Of a DNA stretch of 64,000 nt, positions 1-10,063 are shown piece by piece; position 1 is the stretch's first letter; each line of letters starts with the position of its first letter. The notes under the pieces were generated by a model, which had not been told where the DNA came from, ran no database searches, and saw nothing but the letters and a program-made list of their open reading frames with translations. Origin of the DNA: Candidatus Aenigmatarchaeota archaeon. GTDB taxonomy: Archaea; Aenigmatarchaeota; Aenigmatarchaeia; GW2011-AR5; JAGGXF01. Position numbers and translations under genes: made by a program. Location of the stretch: assembly GCA_021157845.1 (NCBI GenBank), contig JAGGVU010000002.1, positions 31,376 to 95,375 of the forward strand, written 5' to 3'.

Positions 1-425
1 ACACTGTTGAGAAGATTTACACCAGTGTGGAAAAAATAGCTGGATGTAAACCGGTAATACTTATAGGTCAGGCAGGTTCAGCCGGCCTTAGCCAGAAAGA
101 GCAGGTTAAAAAAATAAACGAATTTGATATGGGATTCTATAACTGCCTTATATGCACAAGTATAGGAGAAGAAGGCCTGCACATGGGAACAGCGACAACA
201 GCAATATTTTACGAACCTGTACCTTCTGCAATACGGACTGTGCAGCGGCGCGGCAGAGTAGGCCGCGAGAAAGTGGGCAGATTATATATACTTATTACAG
301 CAGATACGCGAGACGAGGCTTATTTTTGGGCAGCATACCACAAGGAGAAAAAAATGAAAAAAATTCTTGACAAGATGAAGGAAAAAACGTTAAAGGATTT
401 AATTGAATCTGAGGAAGCGAGTTAA
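1..425 (+). CDS. Hef-type DEAD/DEAH helicase, C-terminal fragment (5'-truncated by window edge)
   Basis: Open frame continues to position 1 with no stop (frame of 27). Helicase C-terminal domain motifs are present, including motif VI QRRGRVGR. An XPF nuclease gene lies immediately downstream. Confidence 0.6.
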   Translation, partial: TVEKIYTSVEKIAGCKPVILIGQAGSAGLSQKEQVKKINEFDMGFYNCLICTSIGEEGLHMGTATTAIFYEPVPSAIRTVQRRGRVGREKVGRLYILITADTRDEAYFWAAYHKEKKMKKILDKMKEKTLKDLIESEEAS

Positions 426-469
426 ACTCCTTTGCCATATCTTTTAATTCTTAACCAAAAAATAAAATC

Positions 470-1144
470 ATGGCTGAAGAAAAAAATGGCAAAAGCGGCA
501 AGAAAGTAAAAATAATTATAGACATAAGAGAAAGAGCTATGAAAACATTTCTAAAAAGATATGACTGTATTTTTGAGGAAAAACAATTGCCTGTTGGCGA
601 TTTTGTCTTATCTGACAGGGCTGTGGCAGAAAGAAAAACTGTGAAAGATTTTGTTCAAAGCGTGTCAGATGGCCGACTGTTTAACCAACTTATAATGCTA
701 AAACAGGTACAGAGACCAATTCTTATTATAGAGGGTATGGATATTAACAGCCATAACAGGGATATACAGCCAAACGCTATACGGGGTGCCTTAGCATCTG
801 TGGTGATAGACTATCAGATTCCTATTTTATGGACTAGAAATATAGAGGAAACTGCAGCTCTTCTTTATCAAATAGCAAAAAGAGAGCAGCTGAAGAAAAA
901 GAGGCCTATAAGCATCAGGGTTAAGCACAGGTTTCGCTCACTCCGGGAGCAGCAGGAATTTTTGGTATGTGGCTTGCCATTAGTGTCAACAGTTCTTGCG
1001 AGGAGGCTTTTGGGTAAATTTGGCTCACCAGAGGCTGTTTTTAATGCGTCAGAAGAAGAGCTTCAGAAAGTAAAAGGCATCGGAAAGGAACTGGCTGCAA
1101 AAATTAAAAATGTGCTTGAAACAAAGTTTAAAACAGATAGATAA
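470..1144 (+). CDS. XPF/ERCC4-family nuclease with C-terminal HhH2 (Hef nuclease moiety)
   Basis: ERCC4 nuclease core (DIRE..GDFVLSDR..ERK) plus tandem helix-hairpin-helix (GLPLVS..LQKVKGIGKELAAKI). Confidence 0.7.
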   Translation: MAEEKNGKSGKKVKIIIDIRERAMKTFLKRYDCIFEEKQLPVGDFVLSDRAVAERKTVKDFVQSVSDGRLFNQLIMLKQVQRPILIIEGMDINSHNRDIQPNAIRGALASVVIDYQIPILWTRNIEETAALLYQIAKREQLKKKRPISIRVKHRFRSLREQQEFLVCGLPLVSTVLARRLLGKFGSPEAVFNASEEELQKVKGIGKELAAKIKNVLETKFKTDR

Positions 1145-1230
1145 AATTCTATTGAAATTTTCTCTTGTTATACCCAGTGGCATTTTAACTAAGAACTCAC
1201 TGAGTATATGGTTTTGGCTGAAAATACATA

Positions 1231-1276
1231 TTTGGCCAACTGATGTTAAACAGTTAAAACACAAAGGTATCATAGG
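1231..1276. repeat. dispersed short intergenic repeat, copy X
   Basis: TTTGGCCAACTGATGTTAAACAGTTAAAACACAAAGG is similar to 21874-21910. Confidence 0.45.
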
Positions 1277-1656
1277 ATAGCTGCAGCTAAATAGGTGTAA
1301 ACCTTTTGCTCAAATGTTTCATATCTTTTTTCCGTGTCCTTTATTAATAGAAGAGTCTCCCTTTTTATAATTTTTCCGTCTGGTATATATTTGGGGTCTA
1401 TTCCTTCAGCAGTCGCATCTATAATTTCTCCATCGTTTTTATTGTAATAATGAACAAAGGCATCTCTGCTATGTGGATTTCTTATATCACATCTTATAAT
1501 CTCTCCACCCATGGTTTCCTGAATCATTAAAGCTGTTACATCACATTGACCAATTGGTGACTTGTCACCTGCTGCTTCATCATGGCTATCGTGTGCTGTT
1601 TCCTTTGACCACGAATTCCTCAACGCCTCTTTTAAACATTTAGACAGGCAAGTCAT
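1270..1656 (-). CDS. hypothetical protein (HDSHDE motif, possible metal-binding)
   Basis: Clean 128-aa ORF, convergent with the XPF gene. No family recognised. Confidence 0.35.
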   Translation of the reverse strand: MTCLSKCLKEALRNSWSKETAHDSHDEAAGDKSPIGQCDVTALMIQETMGGEIIRCDIRNPHSRDAFVHYYNKNDGEIIDATAEGIDPKYIPDGKIIKRETLLLIKDTEKRYETFEQKVYTYLAAAIL

Positions 1657-1722
1657 TTCATGACCTCTTTTAATTAGCAGTAGGCCAATAATTTATTAAA
1701 GATTATTGGTAGGTTATCTATT

Positions 1723-2511
1723 ATGCTATATACATCCAATTCATTTGTGCCGTATAATTACCCGCTAAAAGAGGCAAAAGTAGCTTTTTTGGGTATACCG
1801 TTTTCATCCACATCTGTTAGCGGAACAAGTCAGTATGGTCCTTTGGTTGTCCGGGAATCATTAAAACTGATAGAGGGCTGGGATGGCAAGAAGAATGTAT
1901 TTCAAAAAATATGTGATGTTGGTGACCTTGAGATTGTTCCTGGCTCTTATGAGCTCACTGCAGAACGGCTGAGGGACACAATAAAAGATATAAGAGCTGC
2001 CAATCCCAATGCATTCCTGGTTTTTGTAGGCGGAGAACACCTTATAACGCTGCCAATAGTTGAGCAGCTGAAGCCGAAAACAATTGTCCAATTGGATGCT
2101 CATGCCGATTTGCGCCCGGAATTCTTGGGCCTGAAATACAGCCATGTGACATGGGCTTATCATGCTTCTAAGTTGTCACATATAATTCAGATAGGTGTTC
2201 GTTCATGGTCTGCTGATGACAGGCTGTCAATGGCTGAGCAAGTGGAAAACATAAAAAACCTGGAAGAAAAAAAATTAGAGGGTCCTGTACACCTGACAAT
2301 AGATATGGATGTTTTTGATCCGTCTTATGTCAGGACAGGATTGCCAGAGCCAGGCGGCCTGAAGCCAAAAGAGGTCTTTGGCCTGATTGATAAAATCTTT
2401 GACTACAAGGTTAAAAGCATGGATATAGTAGAGATAGCTGATCACTCCCTTCCGAGCAAAACCGGATTTCTGGCAGCACAGTTGATAAAGAGAGCTCTTT
2501 CTAAGTTATAG
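1723..2511 (+). CDS. agmatinase/arginase-family ureohydrolase
   Basis: Arginase-fold Mn-binding motifs GGEHLITLP, LDAHADL and DMDVFDP. Confidence 0.7.
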   Translation: MLYTSNSFVPYNYPLKEAKVAFLGIPFSSTSVSGTSQYGPLVVRESLKLIEGWDGKKNVFQKICDVGDLEIVPGSYELTAERLRDTIKDIRAANPNAFLVFVGGEHLITLPIVEQLKPKTIVQLDAHADLRPEFLGLKYSHVTWAYHASKLSHIIQIGVRSWSADDRLSMAEQVENIKNLEEKKLEGPVHLTIDMDVFDPSYVRTGLPEPGGLKPKEVFGLIDKIFDYKVKSMDIVEIADHSLPSKTGFLAAQLIKRALSKL

Positions 2512-2562
2512 CCTTTTTATGCTCAGTGATTAAAACAGACGTTGGTGAGCTACTCAATTAAA

Positions 2563-2620
2563 AGATATGTTGAATAGTTAAAGTAAATGCGACATCATAT
2601 GAAGACGTATACAAAGTTAT
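2563..2620. repeat. dispersed short intergenic repeat, copy Y
   Basis: AGATATGTTGAATAGTTAAAGTAAATGCGACATCATATGAAGACG...ACAAAGTTA is similar to 21884-21945. Confidence 0.45.
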
Positions 2621-2675
2621 ATATTTCTGATAAGAAATGAGGATAAAAATAAAAAAAAAAGAAAAAGAAAGGTTT

Positions 2676-2984
2676 CTAGTCAAAAAGCAATTTATACCCT
2701 GCCCAAAGACCGCCTATTACAACAGCAATAAAGGCCAAAACCTCTGCTATTGCTGGAAGTATGGCAGGCATTGCGAATCGTATTTGTGATGTTGGCCAAA
2801 AGTCAAAAACAGCAGCTACAAAGAATAGTAGAGCTCCTGTTGTTAGCCATGCAAATTGCTTTGTCAATCCTTTCTTTATCTTTGCATACTCAGCCAGTGC
2901 TATTCCTAATAGGATAGCTATGGCAAATCCTATCATACCCTCAAACATTTTGTTATCACCTAATGAGTTATCTGGATAACTCAT
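2676..2984 (-). CDS. small integral membrane protein, hypothetical
   Basis: 102 aa with 3 predicted TM helices. Confidence 0.4.
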   Translation of the reverse strand: MSYPDNSLGDNKMFEGMIGFAIAILLGIALAEYAKIKKGLTKQFAWLTTGALLFFVAAVFDFWPTSQIRFAMPAILPAIAEVLAFIAVVIGGLWAGYKLLFD

Positions 2985-3051
2985 ATAAAAGCTTTATTAT
3001 TCGTCAATTGACGATGCTAATCTTTTTATAGCGTAATTTGAACTCATTAAT

Positions 3052-3783
3052 ATGCTATACATAGTTGGTTTGGGACTTAGCGATGATGACATAACATTAA
3101 GCTGCCTAGAATCTGTCAAAAGTGCTGATATAATTTATATAGAAGATTATACAAATAAATGGCTGGGTTCTGCTTCTTTGTTGGAGAGGCTTACAGGAAA
3201 AAAGATAAAACATATTAGCCGAGAGGGGGTAGAGTCTGACAAATTAATTAAGGAGGCAAAAGCGAGAGATGTCGCACTGCTCATACCAGGAGACCCGTTT
3301 GCAGCTACAACACACTTTGAGCTTATAATAGAGGCAGCAAAGCAAAATATAAAATACAAAATAGTTCACGCTCCAAGTATATTCTCAGTTATAGCAGAAA
3401 CAGGGCTTCAGTTATATAAATTTGGTGAGACAATAACAATACCTTATTCGCATGGCAATTATAATCCCTCCTCATGGTTTGCCAAGATATCAAAAAATTT
3501 GTCTAACAAATTGCATACATTAATATTGCTAGATATACAAAATGGAAATTGCATGACTGTAAGAGAGGCATTGGAATCAATAGAAAATCTGGACAAGAAC
3601 AGGAGGATAGTAACTAAAAAAATAGTTGCATGCTCAAAATTAGGCACAGAACAGAGGAAAATAGTTTTTGGTTCTTTTCAAAAGCTTAAAAAAATAGATT
3701 TTGACATACCAGCATGTATTATAATTCCGGGCAATCTGCATTTCAAAGAGGAAGAAGCTTTAGCATTATGGTCTTGTGGCTGA
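3052..3783 (+). CDS. dphB: diphthine synthase (Dph5)
   Basis: Tetrapyrrole-methylase fold. N-terminus MLYIVGLGL is typical of archaeal diphthine synthase, and the ~240 aa length fits. Confidence 0.8.
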   Translation: MLYIVGLGLSDDDITLSCLESVKSADIIYIEDYTNKWLGSASLLERLTGKKIKHISREGVESDKLIKEAKARDVALLIPGDPFAATTHFELIIEAAKQNIKYKIVHAPSIFSVIAETGLQLYKFGETITIPYSHGNYNPSSWFAKISKNLSNKLHTLILLDIQNGNCMTVREALESIENLDKNRRIVTKKIVACSKLGTEQRKIVFGSFQKLKKIDFDIPACIIIPGNLHFKEEEALALWSCG

Positions 3784-4036
3784 TATAATGACAGAAGAAC
3801 ATCTTAGAAAGGAAACAGAAAAGTGGCTTAAAAAAATAAGAGATAAATTATCAGTAGTAGGCGCAAATGATGAAAAGGGCAAAGGCATACTAAAGAACAT
3901 AAACGCCTATGTGGAAGACTGTGAATATTTTATGAAAAGGGGTGATTTAATCAGGGCCTTTGAAGCTGTCATCTGGGCTTGGGCATATCTTGAAATATAT
4001 TCCGGCGAAGGAATTTTAAAATCCAAATCAGTCTAA
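3776..4036 (+). CDS. DUF357-like archaeal protein
   Basis: 86-aa ORF overlapping the dph5 stop by 8 nt. Helical, with the conserved archaeal pattern WAWAYLE. Confidence 0.45.
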   Translation: MADIMTEEHLRKETEKWLKKIRDKLSVVGANDEKGKGILKNINAYVEDCEYFMKRGDLIRAFEAVIWAWAYLEIYSGEGILKSKSV

Positions 4037-4241
4037 TTCTTTTGGGATAAGTGCATCTTCGATATCTTCGAGATTGAGCTTTAAACATGATACAAGTCCG
4101 CCAAACAAGGCATGCATAGATGAAATCTGACTATATAGACACTTATGACAGAATAATCAGATAATTTTCTTCCAACCAATTTACAATATTCTTTCGATGA
4201 TATTCTTAATATTTTTTCCACATATGATTAAGGATAAAAAC

Positions 4242-4421
4242 CTAAAACATAAAAATCCGCCTGAATATAAAAAACCAGAACGCAGCAGCAATCAGAAAGC
4301 TGACAATACCAGTTGCTATTTTCAAGAGTTTGTGGTCCATCTCCTTCCATTCTTCCTGCACAAGCTGGAAAAATGTTTTTGACACACCCTTTATATCTTT
4401 CACAATTTTTTTTATTGGCAT
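4242..4421 (-). CDS. small membrane protein, possible SecE/Sec61-gamma (59 aa; not in ORF track)
   Basis: Manual translation MPIKKIVKDIKGVSKTFFQLVQEEWKEMDHKLLKIATGIVSFLIAAAFWFFIFRRIFMF. Amphipathic N-terminus followed by a single C-terminal TM helix, which is the SecE architecture. Confidence 0.3.
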   Translation of the reverse strand: MPIKKIVKDIKGVSKTFFQLVQEEWKEMDHKLLKIATGIVSFLIAAAFWFFIFRRIFMF

Positions 4422-4720
4422 AATTATATCCTATTTACCATTGATTTAAAATTATTTACCTTTAAGTTTCTTTAGTGCAGCTACAATATAAATGTTCTCC
4501 GCCAATATTTTCCAGGTGCGCGATTTTTTGCCAAATTGCTTAACCAATACGCGGTTATACTGGGTTTGCTTTTTCTCTTTTTAAACAACTAATGAACTAA
4601 TCTTTAGCGATTATAATAGGACCGCACCAGCCAATAATTCGGGCATTCCTATATACTCGTTTCTTACATTTCGCTTCCAGAAAAAGGTGCTCCAAATTTT
4701 TCACCCATATACAAAATCCA

Positions 4721-5479
4721 CTATAATTTTTTTATCTTTCCTGGTTTTGGCTCAAAGCATACGCCATCTGTAAGCAACTCGTTTATGGCAGAGTCAATAT
4801 CACTTTCCTCAAGCCCAGCCGCTTCTATCAGCTTTGTATAGTCAGTGCCATCACCTTCATCCAACTCTTCTATTAATTTTAGAATTAGTTCTTTATTTTT
4901 TCTCCTGTCTGCGTTGTGCTTTTCTATTCCCAACTCTTTTGAGATTATTATTGCCTCAACCTGATCTGGGTCAAGATTATACTTCTTTTTCATAAGCTTT
5001 TTCAATTCATCTAAGTCAGCAGTTTCTTTTTCTTTTTCCAGAATAATTTTTTTTATGCTCTCCCATTCAGTTTTCTGTTTTTTTAGTTCTGCTTTTCTTA
5101 GTGTAAGCCAGTTCGGATCATCTATTTTTAGCACAGATTCTATAATTAGATGTATTTCATCATTCCATTTTCTTATTTTTCCTATTACATCAACAATATC
5201 CCCCTCTTCAACATGCTCGATAAGGGAAATATTTTTAAACACCTTTGCCCTTATAGTGTCTGTTTCATCATCTAATGTCAGCGCACCATATTGGCTATTG
5301 TCAGATACGAACTTGTTTACAACTGTGGCCATTATTCTGACACGCGACAATTTTTGTCCGGACTTTGTCAGTATATAATCTGGAATAAAGCCTTCCTGTT
5401 CTATATACTCCCCGTCAGTTATATCCTTGATATTGCACTTGATTGCTGTAAGCCTTTTCATCTCAGCCATTTTGTTCAC
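4721..5479 (-). CDS. OB-fold nucleic-acid-binding protein with C-terminal winged helix (RPA32-like)
   Basis: OB-fold signature (RVRIMATVV..LTLDDETDTIRAKVF) and a C-terminal wH. Adjacent to mcm. Confidence 0.5.
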   Translation of the reverse strand: MNKMAEMKRLTAIKCNIKDITDGEYIEQEGFIPDYILTKSGQKLSRVRIMATVVNKFVSDNSQYGALTLDDETDTIRAKVFKNISLIEHVEEGDIVDVIGKIRKWNDEIHLIIESVLKIDDPNWLTLRKAELKKQKTEWESIKKIILEKEKETADLDELKKLMKKKYNLDPDQVEAIIISKELGIEKHNADRRKNKELILKLIEELDEGDGTDYTKLIEAAGLEESDIDSAINELLTDGVCFEPKPGKIKKL

Positions 5480-5510
5480 CGTAACTTAAGTTTACCTTAA
5501 ATCTTTTTAT

Positions 5511-7511
5511 TCATAAGCGTTTTACATATCCATATTTAGGTTCAAAAATTATACCTTCTTTTTTTAATTTCTCAATCAAACTGTCTGCATCTTTTATTCC
5601 GCGCGTTTCTGCCTCTGCTTTTATATCTTCTACAGATACCTGTTCCTCTTCTTTTTCAAGCTCTTCTATTATGGCAAGGATCGCTCCTATTTTACTTCGC
5701 TGGCTTGTTGTTACACCTGATTCTATTCTATCTATATCAATTACTCCTGTTTCCTCTTCATAGCCAAGCTGCCTTAATGAATAACTCATCAATTTTATTG
5801 CTCTTTCAGCATCTTCTAATCTGACTTTTTTGTCAAGGCGTAATTTTGCACTTGCTTCTGCAAGTCTTATAAGTGCCTCGTACTGTCTGAGCGTTATAGA
5901 AACAACTCCAGCCTCTTCTCCGGTGTATTTATTTCTCATATCCACATAAAAATTTTTAAGACGATTGGCAGCCTCTTCTGTAAGCTCTATATCAGTGTAA
6001 TTCTTTTTTGCGTATGCAATATACTTTCTTAGAAGATCTGTGGGTATGACAGGGGTCGCAACAGTTAAGTCAGTTCTTGACTTCAATATATGGTTTGCTA
6101 TTTCTTCATCTCTTTCTTTATCAGGTATATCTCGCAGTGCAAACTTAAGGTCAAACCTTGACATTAATGTTTCAGGTATTTTAATTTGTTCAATTATAGA
6201 CATCATCGGATCAAACCTTCCGAAACTTGGGTTTGCAGCAGCAAGAATAGCAGTTCTGGCAGGTAGCGTTGCTGTTATAGATGCTTTCGCTATGCTTATC
6301 GTTTCTAGCGACATTGCCTCATGCATTGCTATCTGATCATCTTTATTCATTTTGTCAAATTCATCTATGCTCATTAGGCCTTTGTTTGCCAGGACAAGCG
6401 CACCAGCTTCAAGGACCCACCCTCCCAGTTCTTCATCTTTCCGCACGGTTGCTGTTAATCCAGCACCTGTTACACCCTTTCCAGATGCATATTTTCCCCT
6501 TGGCATTATGTCTGCAACAAGTTTCAGTAGCTGTGATTTTGCAACACCCGGGTCTCCTGTTATAAGAATGTGAATATTTCCACGGACCTTTGTTTTATCC
6601 GGCAGCCGGTGTTCAACCCCTCCGAACATTTGAAGTATTATCGCCTGTTTTATTTCATCATAGCCATAAATAGCCGGTGCAATCGATTGCGTGAGCTTTT
6701 CAAATATAAGAGGGTCATTTGCCATGGATTTGATTTTTTTTACATCCTCCTCACTGATTTTTATATCTTCAAATTCTTTTTCAGACGGCTCAACATAATT
6801 AGCCTCCAGCATTAGATTCATTTTTGTCGTTTTTTTTCCTTTTATCCTTTTTGGAAGTTCTTTGATAATTCCAACTATTTTTAGCCTGTTTCCGGGGTCT
6901 GTTCTTCTTTGCATATCTGTAGTTGTTAGGTCGTCTTTCAAGAAGACAGCAATTTCACCGGGCTTTTCACCTTCTGCTATTTCAAAAGGCTCTGAAATTC
7001 TCAGCCAGCGCACATCCATTTTTTTCTCTTCCTCTACATCAAAATTAGTCCTCCTCCCGCATTCGCAAAAGTTTGGCTTTTTAATTAATGTTCCGTCCTG
7101 TTTAACTTCTATCAAGGCACCACAGTCTGGACATTTATAAATTATGTCGTATATTTGCGGCATTACTTCTGATGCGCTTTTTACAACACCTTCTACGCAC
7201 AGAAGTTTGCCAATATGCCTTGAGCGCAGGCTCCTTATCCTGACTTCTTTTCTTTTTGGCAAATTTCTTATTCTGATAGCTATTTTTGAATATTCTGGCA
7301 AATCTATGTTTTTTAACGCTTCTTGAAACGCTTCGAGCGTTTCTGATGGTTGCTCAAGAAGTTCGTCAGCTAACAGGGGATCAAACCTGTCTAAAACAGA
7401 AAAATCTATTACAAGTGATGTGCCGCCTTCTTTTGCTAATTCGTAAAGCTTTGCTTCATATTCTCTTCTTAAGAATTCTTCTAACCGTTCTTTTAAATCC
7501 ACTGGCCACAC
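5511..7511 (-). CDS. mcm: minichromosome maintenance helicase MCM
   Basis: Zn finger CPDCG..CECG, Walker A GDPGVAKS, Walker B IDEFDKM, arginine finger region and C-terminal wH. 666 aa. Confidence 0.92.
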   Translation of the reverse strand: MWPVDLKERLEEFLRREYEAKLYELAKEGGTSLVIDFSVLDRFDPLLADELLEQPSETLEAFQEALKNIDLPEYSKIAIRIRNLPKRKEVRIRSLRSRHIGKLLCVEGVVKSASEVMPQIYDIIYKCPDCGALIEVKQDGTLIKKPNFCECGRRTNFDVEEEKKMDVRWLRISEPFEIAEGEKPGEIAVFLKDDLTTTDMQRRTDPGNRLKIVGIIKELPKRIKGKKTTKMNLMLEANYVEPSEKEFEDIKISEEDVKKIKSMANDPLIFEKLTQSIAPAIYGYDEIKQAIILQMFGGVEHRLPDKTKVRGNIHILITGDPGVAKSQLLKLVADIMPRGKYASGKGVTGAGLTATVRKDEELGGWVLEAGALVLANKGLMSIDEFDKMNKDDQIAMHEAMSLETISIAKASITATLPARTAILAAANPSFGRFDPMMSIIEQIKIPETLMSRFDLKFALRDIPDKERDEEIANHILKSRTDLTVATPVIPTDLLRKYIAYAKKNYTDIELTEEAANRLKNFYVDMRNKYTGEEAGVVSITLRQYEALIRLAEASAKLRLDKKVRLEDAERAIKLMSYSLRQLGYEEETGVIDIDRIESGVTTSQRSKIGAILAIIEELEKEEEQVSVEDIKAEAETRGIKDADSLIEKLKKEGIIFEPKYGYVKRL

Positions 7512-7709
7512 CCACTAAAATAACTAAACAAACCTAATTGATATGAATTAGATTAACTAATACAGTATTAATTATAAGATGTAAATCTTTTTTAGATTAA
7601 CCACGAGAAAACTATATATTTTTTCTCCCCAAGCAAACCTTTTTTAAACTTTATTACCTTATAAAATAATGAAAACACAACAACAAAATAATAACTATGG
7701 GGTGATAAA

Positions 7710-8063
7710 ATGAAATTCTGGAAAAGCAAAGAAGAAAAAGAGATATTGAAATATTTGATGCCAAAACTTGTCGTGGCAGCGAAGGAGATATTAAATGAAC
7801 AAATTTCCGACTACGACAATTTAGCGTATATAGTTGGATTAGATATAGATGAAACTAAACGGACTATAGCTGAAACTGAAGAGGTTATAGCTAACTTGAA
7901 GAAGGAAATAGCAGAAAAACGAGCTGCATTACCAGGATTAAAAGCCAGCGAAGAAAACTATAGAAAAAAGATAGAAGAATATGAGAAGCTAAAACGCATT
8001 TGTACTGAATATACAAAAAAATTAGAGAAAGACCCGAAAGTTATTCTTGAATTCCTAAAATAA
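7710..8063 (+). CDS. hypothetical coiled-coil protein
   Basis: 117-aa charged helical ORF, divergent from mcm. Confidence 0.4.
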   Translation: MKFWKSKEEKEILKYLMPKLVVAAKEILNEQISDYDNLAYIVGLDIDETKRTIAETEEVIANLKKEIAEKRAALPGLKASEENYRKKIEEYEKLKRICTEYTKKLEKDPKVILEFLK

Positions 8064-8087
8064 TCTCATTTCTTTTTTTTATTATTT

Positions 8088-8678
8088 TCAAGCCTTTAAT
8101 TGCCTTAGTTTTTTCTGCAGGATTTTTATGGCGGTCTTGACATCTGCAAGGCTTTTTGCACCTGCGCACACAACCCTTCCAGAGCTGAATAGCAGAAAAG
8201 CAACCTTTGGGTCAAGAATCCTGTAAACAAGACCTGGAAACTGCTCCGGCTCGTATTCACTTGATTCAAGCTCAAACGCAAGCCCATCCAAATTTAATTC
8301 TTTCTTTAAATCAACAGAAACAACTATATTCTCTATTTTTACTCGTATCTTATTTTCATTTACCCGCGCCCCACTTTTTTTAATGTTTTTTACAACTTTT
8401 TTCAGTGCAATTTTTGCCTTTCCTGTTGACCGCGCGCCAACGCAGATAATTTTTCCACTTCTGAATATGAGGGTTGCAACCTTCGGCTCGCTTATTCTGT
8501 AAACAAGGCCTGGAAACTGCTCTGGCTCGTATTCACTGTCCTCAAGCACAGTAAGAAGCTTATCAAGGGAAAGTGTTTTTTTCACATCTGTAGAAGCAAC
8601 AACATTTTCAACAACTATTTTTATCTTTTTTTTAGTGACCATTTTTTCACCCCACACATAAATGTTAAAATTATACAC
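8088..8678 (-). CDS. tbp: TATA-box binding protein
   Basis: Two direct repeats of the TBP fold (EPEQFPGLVYRI..V..LFSSGK.VC.GA.S). Confidence 0.9.
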   Translation of the reverse strand: MYNFNIYVWGEKMVTKKKIKIVVENVVASTDVKKTLSLDKLLTVLEDSEYEPEQFPGLVYRISEPKVATLIFRSGKIICVGARSTGKAKIALKKVVKNIKKSGARVNENKIRVKIENIVVSVDLKKELNLDGLAFELESSEYEPEQFPGLVYRILDPKVAFLLFSSGRVVCAGAKSLADVKTAIKILQKKLRQLKA

Positions 8679-8759
8679 TATTACTGTTAAAACTATATTT
8701 TAAAAACTTATTTAAATACTAAATTTTAATCTTTTAAAGAATTTTCTCCAATTTTTTTT

Positions 8760-9461
8760 ATGGATATTATAGCTCTTTTTTCAGGCGGCAAGGATTCAAC
8801 ATATGCCTCTTATCTTGCTAAAAAACAGGGGCATAATATAAAATACTTAGTGTCGATTATATCTGAGAATCCCGACTCTTACATGTTTCACACGCCCAAT
8901 ATCCTGTTAGCTGAAAAGCAGGCAGAGGCAATGAATATACCAATTATATTAAAGAGCACAAAAGGCGAGAAAGAAAAAGAATTACTAGACTTAGAATCAG
9001 CTATTGGTTTAGCAATAAAAAGAAATCATTCTATATCTGGCATTGTCTGCGGTGCTGTTGCTAGTGAATATCAGAGAAGCAGGGTTGCTGCAATTGCTGG
9101 TAAATTCAGCATTGCCCTGTTATCGCCGTTGTGGCACAAAGACCCTGAAAAACTTCTGACAGATATGATAACTGCGGGTTTTAAGATAATAATAACATCT
9201 GTGTCTGCCCAGGGTCTTGATAAGTCCTGGCTTGGCAGGATAATTGATAAAAGGGCTGTAAAAGATTTAGTGATATTAAACAAAGAATACGGTATTCATA
9301 TCTTGGCCGAAGGAGGCGAATACGAAACATTTGTTCTTGATTGCCCGTTATTCAACAAAAGAATAGAAATAGAAAAAGCAGAAAAACATTGGGATGATAA
9401 GCTGGGCTGTGGACGACTTGAAATAAAAAAGATAAGAACTGTCAGAAAGGCAGATACTTAA
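8760..9461 (+). CDS. diphthine-ammonia ligase (Dph6, MJ0570 family PP-loop ATPase)
   Basis: PP-loop SGGKDS and the MJ0570-family EGGEYETFVLD motif. Confidence 0.7.
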   Translation: MDIIALFSGGKDSTYASYLAKKQGHNIKYLVSIISENPDSYMFHTPNILLAEKQAEAMNIPIILKSTKGEKEKELLDLESAIGLAIKRNHSISGIVCGAVASEYQRSRVAAIAGKFSIALLSPLWHKDPEKLLTDMITAGFKIIITSVSAQGLDKSWLGRIIDKRAVKDLVILNKEYGIHILAEGGEYETFVLDCPLFNKRIEIEKAEKHWDDKLGCGRLEIKKIRTVRKADT

Positions 9462-9483
9462 ATTTTTTTGTTTCTCTATAATT

Positions 9484-10056
9484 ATGGTTAATGTTTATCC
9501 CAATGCAATAATATTATCTGGCTTGCCTGGCTCTGGAAAGTCAGTATTAGGAGATAGTTTAGTTGAAAAATACAATTTTGAAAAACATTCTATCGGTGAT
9601 TTATGGAGAAAGCAATATAAAACCCTCTATCCAGATGAAAAAATCAGTTTTGAAGAGTTTTGGAAAGAAACAATGCTAGAAGATAATGTTAAAATAAACG
9701 AAGAAGCACGAAAAATACTTGAAAAGAAAATCGCTAAAAATTCAAAAATAATAATTGAGGGTAGATATACGATTCCTTTTGCTAGTCTTCCTGTTTTTTC
9801 TGTTTTTGTCACGTGTAATTTATCCGTAAGAGCAGAGAGGGCGTTGAATGGGAAAAAATACAAAGGACGGTCGAAAGAAAAAATAGAGGAGATACTCAAA
9901 GAGCGCGAACAAGACGAACTGAACATGGGAAAAAAGATGTTTGGTGATGAATATGATTATAGGGATAGAAAATATTATGACCTTTATCTTGATTCCGGAA
10001 AAATGAAACTAGAGGAAGAAGTTTCTGAAGCTTTGAATAGTATTGATTTTGGATAA
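9484..10056 (+). CDS. P-loop NMP kinase, archaeal cytidylate kinase-like
   Basis: GLPGSGKS Walker A in a ~190-aa archaeal Cmk-like context. Confidence 0.5.
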   Translation: MVNVYPNAIILSGLPGSGKSVLGDSLVEKYNFEKHSIGDLWRKQYKTLYPDEKISFEEFWKETMLEDNVKINEEARKILEKKIAKNSKIIIEGRYTIPFASLPVFSVFVTCNLSVRAERALNGKKYKGRSKEKIEEILKEREQDELNMGKKMFGDEYDYRDRKYYDLYLDSGKMKLEEEVSEALNSIDFG

Positions 10057-10063
10057 CATAATA

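Noticed and set aside
4197-4382. 61-aa + strand ORF from the track.
   Set aside because: The opposite strand encodes a far more protein-like SecE-like ORF. This translation has no secondary-structure-like pattern.
6040-7537. Multiple + strand ORFs (6040-6336, 6281-6565, 6352-6573, 6570-6815, 6862-7140, 7144-7326, 7286-7537) inside the mcm locus.
   Set aside because: They are antisense to a confidently identified MCM gene. They have low-complexity, Ser/Leu/Phe-rich translations typical of AT-rich antisense frames.
7512-7709. AT-rich divergent region next to mcm with a twice-repeated TAGATTAAC, considered as a replication origin / ORB cluster.
   Set aside because: It has no ORB-like dyad elements, and archaeal origins normally flank orc1/cdc6 rather than mcm. 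Two 9-mers in 200 bp of AT-rich DNA are not significant.
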